64,000 nucleotides of DNA from Rhodospirillaceae bacterium. GTDB lineage: Bacteria > Pseudomonadota > Alphaproteobacteria > MPNO01 > UBA2964. The position numbers and the translations under genes are program-made. Under the pieces are notes generated by a model. It searched no databases and was not told the DNA's origin. It was given only the letters and a program-made list of their open reading frames with translations. Shown piece after piece: positions 8,008 through 17,850 of the stretch. Each line of letters starts with the position of its first letter. Positions within the stretch are counted from its first letter, which is position 1. Location: contig PAPV01000005.1 of NCBI GenBank assembly GCA_002709075.1, positions 89,989 to 153,988 on the forward strand, given 5' to 3'.

Positions 8008-8844
8008 ATGTTGAGTATGGATTTTATTCTAAGAGCCTTCATTCGATCGTGGAAATTGGTAGCAGTATCTATATTCTGTTTGTCAGTTTCCACATCATTT
8101 GCAACAGCATCGAAAATTTACACCACAACAGAGGTTGTTGCTCCCTATAAAATTGACTCTATAGATACAAATGACCCACTTGAGAGTGTAAATAGGGTAG
8201 TTTTTCATTTTAATGATATTATCTACTCATTTGTATTACGCCCTTTAAGTAAGGTTTACGACAAAATACTACCTGACTTTGTTCAGGCAGGCGTCCATAA
8301 CGCTCTGAACAATTTGAATTCACCAGTAATTTTAGCGAACGATCTATTACAAGGTGAATTTGGACGAGCTAAGATCACAATACAACGTGCCGTTATAAAC
8401 ACAACGGTGGGCGTAGGCGGTTTGTATGATGCAGCTTCTAAAATTTGGAAAATACCCATGCACAAAGAAGATTTTGGGCAAACATTCGCAGTTTGGGGTG
8501 TTCAAGAAGGTTTTTATTTAGTGTTACCAATCTTTGGTGCTTCAAATCCGCGTGACGCAACGGGACTAATTGTCAACATGTATGCAGATCCATTTTCTCA
8601 CTATCTAAGAAACATTGGCGAAAATGATGCTGCCATTGCGCGCACCGCGGTTGCAGGTTTAGACAAATTTTCTGAGGTAACGGATGATTTGGAAAAATTA
8701 AAGAAAACTTCGGTTGACTATTATGCAGCAGTTCGCAGTATTTACAGACAAAAGCGCGCGGTTGAAATAAAAAACAGGTCGCACAGAAAAGGCGTATCTA
8801 TTCCAGATTTACATTATGACTTAAATGCTGAGTTACTAAATTGA
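8008..8844 (+). CDS. mlaA: MlaA/VacJ-family outer-membrane lipoprotein
   Basis: Signal sequence, then the characteristic NDPLESVNRVVFHFND...DKILPDFVQ...NLNSPVILANDLLQG blocks of VacJ/MlaA. Confidence 0.8.
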   Translation: MLSMDFILRAFIRSWKLVAVSIFCLSVSTSFATASKIYTTTEVVAPYKIDSIDTNDPLESVNRVVFHFNDIIYSFVLRPLSKVYDKILPDFVQAGVHNALNNLNSPVILANDLLQGEFGRAKITIQRAVINTTVGVGGLYDAASKIWKIPMHKEDFGQTFAVWGVQEGFYLVLPIFGASNPRDATGLIVNMYADPFSHYLRNIGENDAAIARTAVAGLDKFSEVTDDLEKLKKTSVDYYAAVRSIYRQKRAVEIKNRSHRKGVSIPDLHYDLNAELLN

Positions 8845-8946
8845 AAGTACAGACTCAACTGATATTATCGGATAGCAACTTGAATTCTATTGCTGAATAA
8901 CAAAATAATAAATAATAAATAATCTGGCCACATTGATAGGATTAAA

Positions 8947-9798
8947 ATGTTCATACAAACCGAAGGTTTATCGCTGGAAAACCAACTAAGATTTGACCCC
9001 GGTAGGGAAGTACTGCCTGGAAAACCAATAAAACTGGAAAATCCATCAGAGGCTAAAAAGTATCCGTTAGCTGAAAGGCTGCTTCTTTTATCTCATGTAC
9101 GAGCCGTTACTTTGGAAAACAGATCGTTGGTTGTGGAGAGGTCTGATGAAATAGAATGGGTTCAGCTAAAGCCAGCAATTCTCGGTGCTATTATGGACCA
9201 TTTTGTAGCCGGACTACCTGTTTATCATGATGAGGAGCTAAGTACTGATCATGAGCTTGGCGAAGATGACCAGGTGTTTTTGTTGGATCAAAGTGACCCT
9301 ATAGTTGGCGAGCTAACTGAATTAATTGCGACGCGGGTTAAACCAGCTGCTACGCAGAGTGGTGGTGATGTTATTCTTATGGGCTACAGTGACGGAGTTG
9401 TTTATCTCAAATTTGAGGGTCAAAGTTTTCAGCTAGCTAGCGGAATAGAAAATATGTTGCGACACTATATTCCGGAGGTTAAAAATGTAGCCGATTACCG
9501 TGATGCTTTTCCGAAGCCTGGGTTGGATACCCCGGAAGCGCGAGCTATAAAGAGCGTGCTCGAAACACGTATTAACCCCGCGGTCTCAGGCCACGGTGGT
9601 CACATCAGTTTGATAGATGTGGATGGAAATAGTGCCTACATTCGGATGGAGGGCGGTTGTCAAGGTTGCGGCATGGCTAATGCTACTCTCAAAGAAGGTG
9701 TCGAGGTGGAAATTAAAAAAGCTGTTCCTACAATTGAGAGAGTTTTGGACGTCACTGAACATGCAGACGGCACAAATCCTTATTACCAGCAAGGGTAA
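8947..9798 (+). CDS. NifU/Nfu-type iron-sulfur cluster scaffold protein (Nfu_N plus NifU C-terminal domain with CxxC)
   Basis: The C-terminal domain has the GGCQGCGMA motif and the VDGNSAYIRMEGGC pattern. The N-terminal Nfu-like domain has the LKFEGQ motif. Confidence 0.7.
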   Translation: MFIQTEGLSLENQLRFDPGREVLPGKPIKLENPSEAKKYPLAERLLLLSHVRAVTLENRSLVVERSDEIEWVQLKPAILGAIMDHFVAGLPVYHDEELSTDHELGEDDQVFLLDQSDPIVGELTELIATRVKPAATQSGGDVILMGYSDGVVYLKFEGQSFQLASGIENMLRHYIPEVKNVADYRDAFPKPGLDTPEARAIKSVLETRINPAVSGHGGHISLIDVDGNSAYIRMEGGCQGCGMANATLKEGVEVEIKKAVPTIERVLDVTEHADGTNPYYQQG

Positions 9799-9846
9799 TT
9801 TGCTGATTAAAAGTGCATTATCAGACAAAAAAGGGCTGTTTAAAAA

Positions 9847-11097
9847 TCAGGCAGCAGTATTTTCTTTTTGCTCCGATAGAATCCGTGAAACAGGTTTATC
9901 GTCGATTGGTAAATGCAGTAACGATGCCACTATCCCGGCACTGATAATCAACCACCAGGCATAGTCATAAGATCCAGTATGATATTTTATTATACCACCC
10001 AACCATACTGATGTGAAGCTTCCAACCTGATGGCTGAGAAATACTAATCCGTAAAGAGTTGCAAGATAGCGCGGTCCAAATACTTCTGCCACGATACCTG
10101 AGGTTAAAGGTACCGTTGCCAACCATAAAATACCAACCGAACAGGCGAATAAAATAACACTTAATTCAGTTTTTGGGAGAATAAAGAATACAAGAAAAAC
10201 TGTTGATCGAGCCGAATAAATAAATGCAAGCAAATACTTCTTTCTTAAAAATCCGCCAAGAAACCCGGAAGCTTGAGTACCAAGCATGTTAAAAAATCCT
10301 ATGAAGGCAATAGCGGTTGCTGCCATAGCGCCACCAACGGCTGTGGCATTTAAATAATTTTCTAAGTGGTTATTTATGAATTGAACTTGAAATCCACAAA
10401 CAAAGAAAGCGACAGTCAACAACCAAAAGCCACGATGACCTGCCGCTTCTTTTATAGCATCTCCGAGACTTTGACTGTCCTTTTTGGATAAAATGCCTTT
10501 GGCAGCACTTGCCATAGTCAGTGCAAATGGAACGACCAGTAAAGCCATAGTGCCAAGAACAATGGTTGCGTATACCCAACCTTTATAAGAAATTAGATAA
10601 TGTGTTAGGGGAACTATTAGCATCTGGCCTGCTGTACCTCCCGAAACAACAATACCAAGCCAAAAAGTCCGCCATTTTTCCGGAGCGACGCGGCCAACAA
10701 TTGATAATAACATTGGAAGTGCAATACCGGCTGACCCAAGTCCGATGAAGATTCCGACATTAAGCACCAATCCGAATTCAGATGTCGATTGTGACATCAT
10801 GAACAACCCAAAAGAGTAAAGCAAGCCGGATAGAATTAAAACACGAATTGGGCCCCAACGATCGGCGGCCGCACCCAGAAAGGGCGCGGCACAGCCATAA
10901 ATTAATAACTGGAGGCCGGTTGCGAAAGACATCACTCTTACATCGGTCCCCCAACCAAGGGCTTCGGAGACTGGGCGTAAAAACATTCCCATGCTTTGTC
11001 GACCACCATAGGCAAATAGAATGATACTTATCGCGCAAATCAACACGATGAATGGGTTATGCCAAATCGTTGACTTAATTATTTCTGCCCTCCACAC
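9847..11097 (-). CDS. MFS transporter (paralog 1 of 3 in tandem)
   Basis: Twelve predicted TM segments. The N-terminal block YGGRQSMGMFLRPVSEALGW and the LPMLLSIVGRVAPEKWR motif are shared with the next gene. Confidence 0.75.
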   Translation of the reverse strand: MWRAEIIKSTIWHNPFIVLICAISIILFAYGGRQSMGMFLRPVSEALGWGTDVRVMSFATGLQLLIYGCAAPFLGAAADRWGPIRVLILSGLLYSFGLFMMSQSTSEFGLVLNVGIFIGLGSAGIALPMLLSIVGRVAPEKWRTFWLGIVVSGGTAGQMLIVPLTHYLISYKGWVYATIVLGTMALLVVPFALTMASAAKGILSKKDSQSLGDAIKEAAGHRGFWLLTVAFFVCGFQVQFINNHLENYLNATAVGGAMAATAIAFIGFFNMLGTQASGFLGGFLRKKYLLAFIYSARSTVFLVFFILPKTELSVILFACSVGILWLATVPLTSGIVAEVFGPRYLATLYGLVFLSHQVGSFTSVWLGGIIKYHTGSYDYAWWLIISAGIVASLLHLPIDDKPVSRILSEQKENTAA

Positions 11098-11116
11098 ATT
11101 CTCACAAAATCAACAA

Positions 11117-12340
11117 TCACGCTGTTTGCGCAAGTCTTTCCACTGGAGTTTCCTTAATAGGCAGGTGAAAAAGGGCAGCAAGTGCGCCTCCCAGTATGAT
11201 AACCCACCACCAGATTTCATAGGAGCCAGTTGAGTCACGAACTACACCACCCATCCAAGTACTAAATGCTCCACCAATTTGATGACTAAGGAAAGCTATT
11301 GCGTATAGCGTTGCCATATAACGCGGTCCAAAAAGAGTGGATATGATACCTGCTGTGAGAGGGACTGTAGCTAGCCATAATACACCTATACATGAAGCAA
11401 AAATGTACACTGAAGTTTGGCTAATAGGCGCTAGAAAAAACGCAAGCATTACCAGTGAACGACCTACGTAGAGAAATACAAGAAGATTTTTTTTTCGAAA
11501 ATGTCCGCCCAGTTTACCCGCGAGCGCTGTACCAATCATGTTCGAAAATCCAATTAATGCTATGGCATGTGCGCCTATTGTTACACCGGTTCCTGTATCT
11601 TCAAGAAATTTGGGAAGGTGGGTAACAATAAATTGCACTTGGAAACCACAAGTAAAAAATCCTAGGCAGAGATACCAATAACTACGCGCTTCCCTTGCCT
11701 CTGAGAGGGCTTGCCCCAAAGTTTGCGTGTCTTTTTTTTGATCCAGGGCGTTTCCACTGGCTTTTCCAACAATTATTGCCATGGGAACAATTGCAAAAAT
11801 AAATGACGCTAAAATAATAACGGCATCAGTCCAGTCCATTCGTGTTAGTAAAAATCCATTAAGTGGAACAAGAAACATTTGTCCGCCTGTTCCGCCGGCG
11901 GATACAATCCCAAGCCATAGACTGCGTTTTTTTTCTGGTGCAACTCTTCCAACCACTGATAGAAGCATTGGTAGCCCGCAACCTGATGCTGCTAGTCCGC
12001 TAAGAACACCAATGCTAAGAGCGAGATGTAGTTCAGATACGGCATTGCTTAATTGGTACATCCCAAATGCATAGAGTGCACCCCCAATAATAAGCATCTT
12101 GATCGGCCCAAGCCATTTATCTGCAATCATGGAAACAAAGGGAACACTTATTCCGATAATCAGGGTTTGAAGACTGACGGCAAAAGAAAATGGTTCAACT
12201 CTTCCACCGCTGATAGAATCACTTATTGGAACGAGAAAAATGCCAAAACTTTGACGGGTCCCGTATGAAATTAATATGATAAGTGTGCATAGTAAAAGCA
12301 CAATGTATGGACTCTTCCACAAGGTGTTTGTTTCTGACAT
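11117..12340 (-). CDS. MFS transporter (paralog 2 of 3)
   Basis: Closely similar to paralog 1 (LPMLLSVVGRVAPEKKRSLWLGIV, HLPI...P tail). Confidence 0.75.
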   Translation of the reverse strand: MSETNTLWKSPYIVLLLCTLIILISYGTRQSFGIFLVPISDSISGGRVEPFSFAVSLQTLIIGISVPFVSMIADKWLGPIKMLIIGGALYAFGMYQLSNAVSELHLALSIGVLSGLAASGCGLPMLLSVVGRVAPEKKRSLWLGIVSAGGTGGQMFLVPLNGFLLTRMDWTDAVIILASFIFAIVPMAIIVGKASGNALDQKKDTQTLGQALSEAREARSYWYLCLGFFTCGFQVQFIVTHLPKFLEDTGTGVTIGAHAIALIGFSNMIGTALAGKLGGHFRKKNLLVFLYVGRSLVMLAFFLAPISQTSVYIFASCIGVLWLATVPLTAGIISTLFGPRYMATLYAIAFLSHQIGGAFSTWMGGVVRDSTGSYEIWWWVIILGGALAALFHLPIKETPVERLAQTA

Positions 12341-12359
12341 ATTTACTAGTTTCAGTTAA

Positions 12360-13595
12360 TCAACCAATCTTAGTTTGAAGCATCACTTTCCGAGTAACAG
12401 GCTTTTCATCAATTGGCCAGTGAATAAAAACTGCAACAAAACCCAGTCCAACCGCTGTCCACCAAACCGGATCGTAGGATCCTCCCCACCCACGTACAAT
12501 ACCACCAAAAGTGATGCCCACAAAACTTCCTAATTGATGGCTTAAGAATACAAATCCGTAAAGGGTTGCTAAATATTGTGTCCCGAAAATTTGAGCTACA
12601 AGCCCACTCGTTAGGGGAATTGTCCCAAGCCAGGTCAAACCCATCAAAGCAGAAAATATGATTGTGCTAACATCGGTTATAGGCATTAGCACATATACAA
12701 CGATACATAAGGACCTCATCATATACAATCCTGCAAGTAAGTATTTTTTACTATATCTGCCCCCTAAAGCACCCCAAACAAAGCTTCCTAGAATGTTAAA
12801 GAGACCAATTAAGGCAAGTGACCAAGCCGCTATCTCCGCAGATATACCAATATCCTTAAGATACAGAGGTAAGTGACTGGCAATAAAAAGTGTTTGGAAA
12901 CCACATACGAAGAAACCCAGAACTAGTAACAAATACCCACGATGATGAAGGGATTCAAAAATTGCTTCGGTCACACTTTGTCGTCGATCGAATTGGTCAT
13001 TTGAAATTATTGGCTTTCCCGCAATGGGTATTATGAGAGGTATTATAATCAGCATTATACACGATAATATTATCAGTGAACTAGCATATCCACTATCGAT
13101 CATAAAATAATGGGCAAATGGTACTACAATTACCTGCCCGCTAGAGCCACCAGCGCTGGCAATTCCCAAAAACAGACTGCGGCGCTTGAGGTGAATGCTG
13201 CGTCCAATTACTGATAGTATAATCGGGAACCCAGTAGCACTCATGGCAAGGCCAGTGAGAACACCCGTACTAACGTGTATTTCAATCTCAGTTGTTGAGG
13301 TGGCCATTAGGTATAGACCAAGAGCATATAACGCTGCACCAGCACTAATTACTCTGCCAGCACCGTATCTGTCTGCTACCACGCCCCATAGTGGTTGTGA
13401 TAGGCCCCAAACAAGAACCTGTAATCCCATTGAGAATGAAAACACAGAAATATTCCAACCATTCGATTCAGAAATTGGGCCTAAAAAAAGACCATATGTT
13501 TGGCGAATTCCAAAAGAGCTTAATAATATTAATGTGCCACAGATGAGAATTAGAGAGGGTGTTTTCCAACCAATTTTCTGTTCCCCAAAATCCAT
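12360..13595 (-). CDS. MFS transporter (paralog 3 of 3, more diverged)
   Basis: Same topology and conserved blocks (FGIRQTYGLFLGPISE, ILSVIGR...KRRSLFLGIASAGG) as paralogs 1 and 2. Confidence 0.75.
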   Translation of the reverse strand: MDFGEQKIGWKTPSLILICGTLILLSSFGIRQTYGLFLGPISESNGWNISVFSFSMGLQVLVWGLSQPLWGVVADRYGAGRVISAGAALYALGLYLMATSTTEIEIHVSTGVLTGLAMSATGFPIILSVIGRSIHLKRRSLFLGIASAGGSSGQVIVVPFAHYFMIDSGYASSLIILSCIMLIIIPLIIPIAGKPIISNDQFDRRQSVTEAIFESLHHRGYLLLVLGFFVCGFQTLFIASHLPLYLKDIGISAEIAAWSLALIGLFNILGSFVWGALGGRYSKKYLLAGLYMMRSLCIVVYVLMPITDVSTIIFSALMGLTWLGTIPLTSGLVAQIFGTQYLATLYGFVFLSHQLGSFVGITFGGIVRGWGGSYDPVWWTAVGLGFVAVFIHWPIDEKPVTRKVMLQTKIG

Positions 13596-13663
13596 CGTTA
13601 ATCCTACACCATTATTCGGAAGGTCTCAAAAACAAATAATTAAGAGAACATTAAAAAAACTGA

Positions 13664-13882
13664 TTATTTATGACGAAAGATTATCCGCGCTTTAGTAAGG
13701 TCGTAAGGGGTCATTTCGACATCAACTTTATCACCTTCCAGTACACGTATTCTAAATTTGCGCATTTTTCCTGCTGTATGAGCTAATACCTCATAGCCAT
13801 TTTCCAATTCCACCTTAAACATTGCGTTCGGTAAACGTTCTTTCACTATACCCGTAAATTCAAGTAGTTCTTCTTTTGCCAT
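13664..13882 (-). CDS. infA: Translation initiation factor IF-1
   Basis: 72 aa: [53 protein letters not shown]. This is near-canonical IF-1. Confidence 0.95.
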   Translation of the reverse strand: MAKEELLEFTGIVKERLPNAMFKVELENGYEVLAHTAGKMRKFRIRVLEGDKVDVEMTPYDLTKARIIFRHK

Positions 13883-14159
13883 GATTTCTCAGCATTTGTT
13901 AAATTCAGCGTCATTAGTCATTGCAATCTAGATTTCGTCAAGAGAGAACTAAAAAAATCTACACTGCCAAACGTTGTTTTTCGCTTAACGTTCAAATACC
14001 AGAATTTAACTATGAAGTAAGAGAAAGTACGAAAAATATTTTCTATAATTATTTTAGGAGAGAACAATCAAGTTAATCCGATTTTTACTTGTATTGCGAA
14101 TTGTATTTGACCAATGGTAACTAATCGGAATGTCTATAGCGCCCATGCTTGATAATTTA

Positions 14160-15389
14160 TTATTCAACCTTTTCTGCATCTTGAAGCATTGCCCACAGCG
14201 AGGATTTCTTGAGATAGTCGCGCGCAGCTGTTTTATCCAAGGATGTGGCTTCCAAATCATCTAGTCGTTTTCGCCTAATATTTATATCATTTTCCTCAAG
14301 GAGTTTCTTGTTGGCGATTGATTGGGCCTGAACATATTTTGTTGCCATGGAACGACGTTGACGATCATACCGTGACAATAGAGTTTCAGGATCCCCATTT
14401 TTTCTATCTATGTCTACAAGTTTTTCAGCTAGATTCAATCCATCATGAATACCTCCATTCATGCCCATTCCTCCCAATGGATTGTTGACATGTGCGGCAT
14501 CCCCAGCCAAAAGCACTCTGCCTTTATGAAAGGTCTCTGCCACTCGCTGATGGACATTGTAAGGGTTGATATCGATAATGTTGTATTCATCTTCATACGG
14601 AAGACATTCAACAAATTTGTGTTGAACCCATTCTACACTTCCTTGTTTAAAACCAGAATCGTCCTTTTCGAGGGCGGGTAATAGAATTCTCCATAGACCG
14701 CTCATGTCGTCACCGGCTACCTTTATAAGTGCTGACCATTGTGTTGGATGCGCAACATAATTTCTGTAATGGTGGCCACCACCTCGCTTTGTCCCGAAAT
14801 CATACTCTGTGGTAGCAATTACAAAGCGTTCCCCCCAAGTAAATCCAGGAAAGTTAATATCCGCAATTTTTCGTGTTATACTGCGTCCCCCGTCGGCTCC
14901 GATGAGATATTTTCCGCGGAAAGTTTCAGTTTCTCCTTCAGGATTTTTAGCTGTGACGGTTACTCCATCTTCATCTTGAATATGATTGGTAACCTGCCAA
15001 GGTCTCAGCAGTGTGAAATATGCTGAATTTTCAGCTAACTTGTGTGTGGTGTTAACTACTTTGTGCTGTTCGACTTGGAGAGCAAACGGATGGTCAAACA
15101 GGTCATCTAAAGCTTGGTAGTCGAATTCAGCTACAATTCTATCGTCAAACCTGTCTCGGAATTGGAAAATCTCTGAAATTATGCCCTGAGGGATAATTTT
15201 TTCGGTTATTTTTAGTGCAGCAAGCATATCCAATGTAGTCGGATGCACAGTAGATGCACGATGATCTCGTGGGGTAGTTTCTTCAGAATCAAACAATATT
15301 ACGGGTATTCCTTGGGTAGATAAATAATAGCCGGTTATAGTTCCAATTGGCCCAGCTCCCGAAATGATAATTGGTTCTTTTGAATTCAT
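14160..15389 (-). CDS. FAD-dependent aromatic-ring monooxygenase (PheA/TfdB/MhpA-like)
   Basis: N-terminal GxGxxG (IISGAGPIGTITG) and a C-terminal DAAHVNNPLGGMGMNGGIHDGLNLAEKL motif typical of class A flavoprotein hydroxylases. Confidence 0.65.
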   Translation of the reverse strand: MNSKEPIIISGAGPIGTITGYYLSTQGIPVILFDSEETTPRDHRASTVHPTTLDMLAALKITEKIIPQGIISEIFQFRDRFDDRIVAEFDYQALDDLFDHPFALQVEQHKVVNTTHKLAENSAYFTLLRPWQVTNHIQDEDGVTVTAKNPEGETETFRGKYLIGADGGRSITRKIADINFPGFTWGERFVIATTEYDFGTKRGGGHHYRNYVAHPTQWSALIKVAGDDMSGLWRILLPALEKDDSGFKQGSVEWVQHKFVECLPYEDEYNIIDINPYNVHQRVAETFHKGRVLLAGDAAHVNNPLGGMGMNGGIHDGLNLAEKLVDIDRKNGDPETLLSRYDRQRRSMATKYVQAQSIANKKLLEENDINIRRKRLDDLEATSLDKTAARDYLKKSSLWAMLQDAEKVE

Positions 15390-15681
15390 TGTATTAACAT
15401 AGTATTTTTACAAATTATGAAGGTAACCATACGGTAAGTTCGGTCAAGGGCTTAAACACAAGTTACATAATCAAAAAGAATTATAAAAATTCAGACTAGC
15501 TTGACATCTGTTTTAACTGAAATCACTTTCTAATCGCTAATTTGGTTTGTATTGATTGATTGGCTAAAAATTTTATCATGTTTAATTTATTTAAAAATTT
15601 GTTTTAAATAATCATGGAGTGATATTTTTTGTTCTTAACAAAAGCAATTGCCTCGCCCACGTATCAACTGTGGAGTGGAAG

Positions 15682-16812
15682 ATGATAGCAATTATCGGCG
15701 GTGGAATCTGCGGGTTGGCCATCGGTTGGCGTCTCGCTCAAGAAGGATTCTCTGTTACCATAGTGGATAAGGGAAAAGCTGGAATGGAGGCTTCCTGGGC
15801 TGCCGCTGGTATGCTTGCCCCACTAATCGAAGCAGAGCATGCGGAGGAGATGCTTTTGCCTCTAGCAATAGAAAGTCGCAAGCGATGGCCGCAATTTGCG
15901 GCAGAGCTAGAGAACTTCACTGGTATTAATGTTGATTATCGTACAGAGGGAACTCTACAAATTGCGCTTCATCGTGATGATCAGGAGGCACTAGAACATC
16001 GTTATTCATTTTTCAAGAAGAATAACTTTGAAATCGAAAAGTTATCCGGTTCGCAGGTTAAAGCACTACAGCCTCATCTCTCCCACAATGTTACAGGTGG
16101 AATTCTAAGTCCAGAGGATCATCAGGTTGACAATCGCCTGGTAGTTTCTGCTTTACTAAAAGCCTTTAAGAAGGCTGGTGGAATTTTACATGAGAATACA
16201 GAGGTTGATGAAATATGCACGAATAATGGACGTGTTAATGGTATTTGTATGGGTGGCGAAAAAGTGGTAGTCGAACATCTGGTATTATCGGCAGGAGCTT
16301 GGTCACGGAATATCCCTGGCATTCCAAAAGATGCACGTCCTCCGGTTAGGCCACTTAAAGGCCAAATGTTGGCACTTGAAATGCCGAGTAAAATGCCATT
16401 GCTTGATCATGTTATTTGGGGTCCTGGTAATGCTATAGTATCAAATATTTATTTGGTACCAAAAAGTGATGGGAGGTTGATTATTGGAGCGACAGTGGAG
16501 GAAATGGGGTACGATACCAGAATTACTTGTGGTGGTTTATTTGAGTTGCTGAGAGCAGGGTGGGAAGTGTTGCCCAGTATATATGATTTGCCAGTTTTAA
16601 GTAGTTGGGCGGGTTTACGTCCTGCCAGCCGAGATGATGCTCCTATTCTGGGTCCTTCAGGGGTGGATGGGCTAACCATCGCCACCGGTCACCATCGAAA
16701 CGGTATTTTACTTGCACCTATTACAGCCTCAGAAATAACTGCTTATATCACCAACCAGAAGGTTTCGCCGTTAATTAAACCCTTTCAACTCAACCGATTT
16801 CAGAAACCTTAG
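15682..16812 (+). CDS. thiO: Glycine oxidase ThiO (FAD-dependent). The track ORF starts at 15619; MIAIIGGG preferred
   Basis: GGGICGLAIGWRLAQEGFSVTIVDKG dinucleotide fold, DAO-family body, and position immediately upstream of thiS-thiG-thiE. Confidence 0.8.
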   Translation: MIAIIGGGICGLAIGWRLAQEGFSVTIVDKGKAGMEASWAAAGMLAPLIEAEHAEEMLLPLAIESRKRWPQFAAELENFTGINVDYRTEGTLQIALHRDDQEALEHRYSFFKKNNFEIEKLSGSQVKALQPHLSHNVTGGILSPEDHQVDNRLVVSALLKAFKKAGGILHENTEVDEICTNNGRVNGICMGGEKVVVEHLVLSAGAWSRNIPGIPKDARPPVRPLKGQMLALEMPSKMPLLDHVIWGPGNAIVSNIYLVPKSDGRLIIGATVEEMGYDTRITCGGLFELLRAGWEVLPSIYDLPVLSSWAGLRPASRDDAPILGPSGVDGLTIATGHHRNGILLAPITASEITAYITNQKVSPLIKPFQLNRFQKP

Positions 16813-16843
16813 ACATCGTCATGAGTAAAGGTTTTTTTAAAAG

Positions 16844-17062
16844 ATGTCCTTTATGAGTAAAAAAATAAATCTTAATGGGAGGATGATATATTTTCCGGGA
16901 GTCTATTTGTCTGACTTGCTTACGTCTCAGGGACTGGATATGGATTTAGGTGGTGTTGCAGTTGTAGTTAATTCTACAATAGTTTCACGGTCCAAGTGGA
17001 AAAAAATTAAAATTAATGCAGGCGATAAAATAGAAATCGTCCATATTGTTCGCGGAGGTTAG
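16844..17062 (+). CDS. thiS: Sulfur carrier protein ThiS
   Basis: ~70 aa ending in GG (…[10 protein letters not shown]), placed between thiO and thiG. Confidence 0.8.
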   Translation: MSFMSKKINLNGRMIYFPGVYLSDLLTSQGLDMDLGGVAVVVNSTIVSRSKWKKIKINAGDKIEIVHIVRGG

Positions 17063-17067
17063 AATTA

Positions 17068-17850
17068 GTGGAACAAACAACAGATCAAAAACTTAGTATT
17101 GCAGGAAAAACTCTAAATTCTCGATTGTTGATCGGAACGTCTTTATATCCAAACCAGCAAGTTATGATGGATGCACTTGCTGCGAGTGGAGCTGAAATTG
17201 TCACTGTTGCTGTTCGGAGGGTAAGCCTTGATGGTGGTGGCGAAAGTGTATTTGACTTATTAAAAGGAAAATATCATTTTTTACCTAACACAGCTGGCTG
17301 TTTTACTGCTAGCGATGCCGTTTTTACTGCGGAACTGGCCCGTGAGGCTCTTGAGACTAACTGGATTAAGTTAGAAGTAATAGGAGATGATGAAACACTC
17401 TTTCCCGATGTCGAACAGCTACTTCTGGCTTCGGAAGAATTGGTTAAAAAGGACTTTGTTGTATTAGCATACTGTAATGATGATCCCATATCCTGCAAAA
17501 AATTAGAGGATTTAGGTTGTGCAGCTGTGATGCCGCTAGGGGCGCCAATAGGGTCGGGTATGGGAATACGAAACCCATACAATCTGCAAATAATTCGGGA
17601 ACAATGTTCAGTGCCACTTATTGTAGATGCTGGGGTCGGAACAGCGTCTGACGCTGCCCAAGCAATGGAAATTGGGATGGATGGTATATTACTTAATTCA
17701 GCCGTTGCGGGTGCAAGAGATCCGGTTCGTATGGCAAAAGCTATGCGTTTAGGCATTGAAAGTGGACGGCTCGCTTTCGAGGCCGGGCGAATCCCACGGA
17801 AACTTTATGCGTCATCTTCAACGTCACTGAACGGAATGATCGATCTTTGA
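17068..17850 (+). CDS. thiG: Thiazole synthase ThiG (GTG start with GGAGG 9 nt upstream)
   Basis: 260 aa with the TIM-barrel ThiG pattern ([42 protein letters not shown]). Confidence 0.9.
   Translation: MEQTTDQKLSIAGKTLNSRLLIGTSLYPNQQVMMDALAASGAEIVTVAVRRVSLDGGGESVFDLLKGKYHFLPNTAGCFTASDAVFTAELAREALETNWIKLEVIGDDETLFPDVEQLLLASEELVKKDFVVLAYCNDDPISCKKLEDLGCAAVMPLGAPIGSGMGIRNPYNLQIIREQCSVPLIVDAGVGTASDAAQAMEIGMDGILLNSAVAGARDPVRMAKAMRLGIESGRLAFEAGRIPRKLYASSSTSLNGMIDL

Noticed and set aside
15390-15681. Expected TPP riboswitch upstream of thiO
   Set aside because: The conserved CUGAGA and ACCC...GAACCUGAUC boxes are absent by eye, so no ncRNA feature was reported. It is kept as a finding to be tested by cmsearch.
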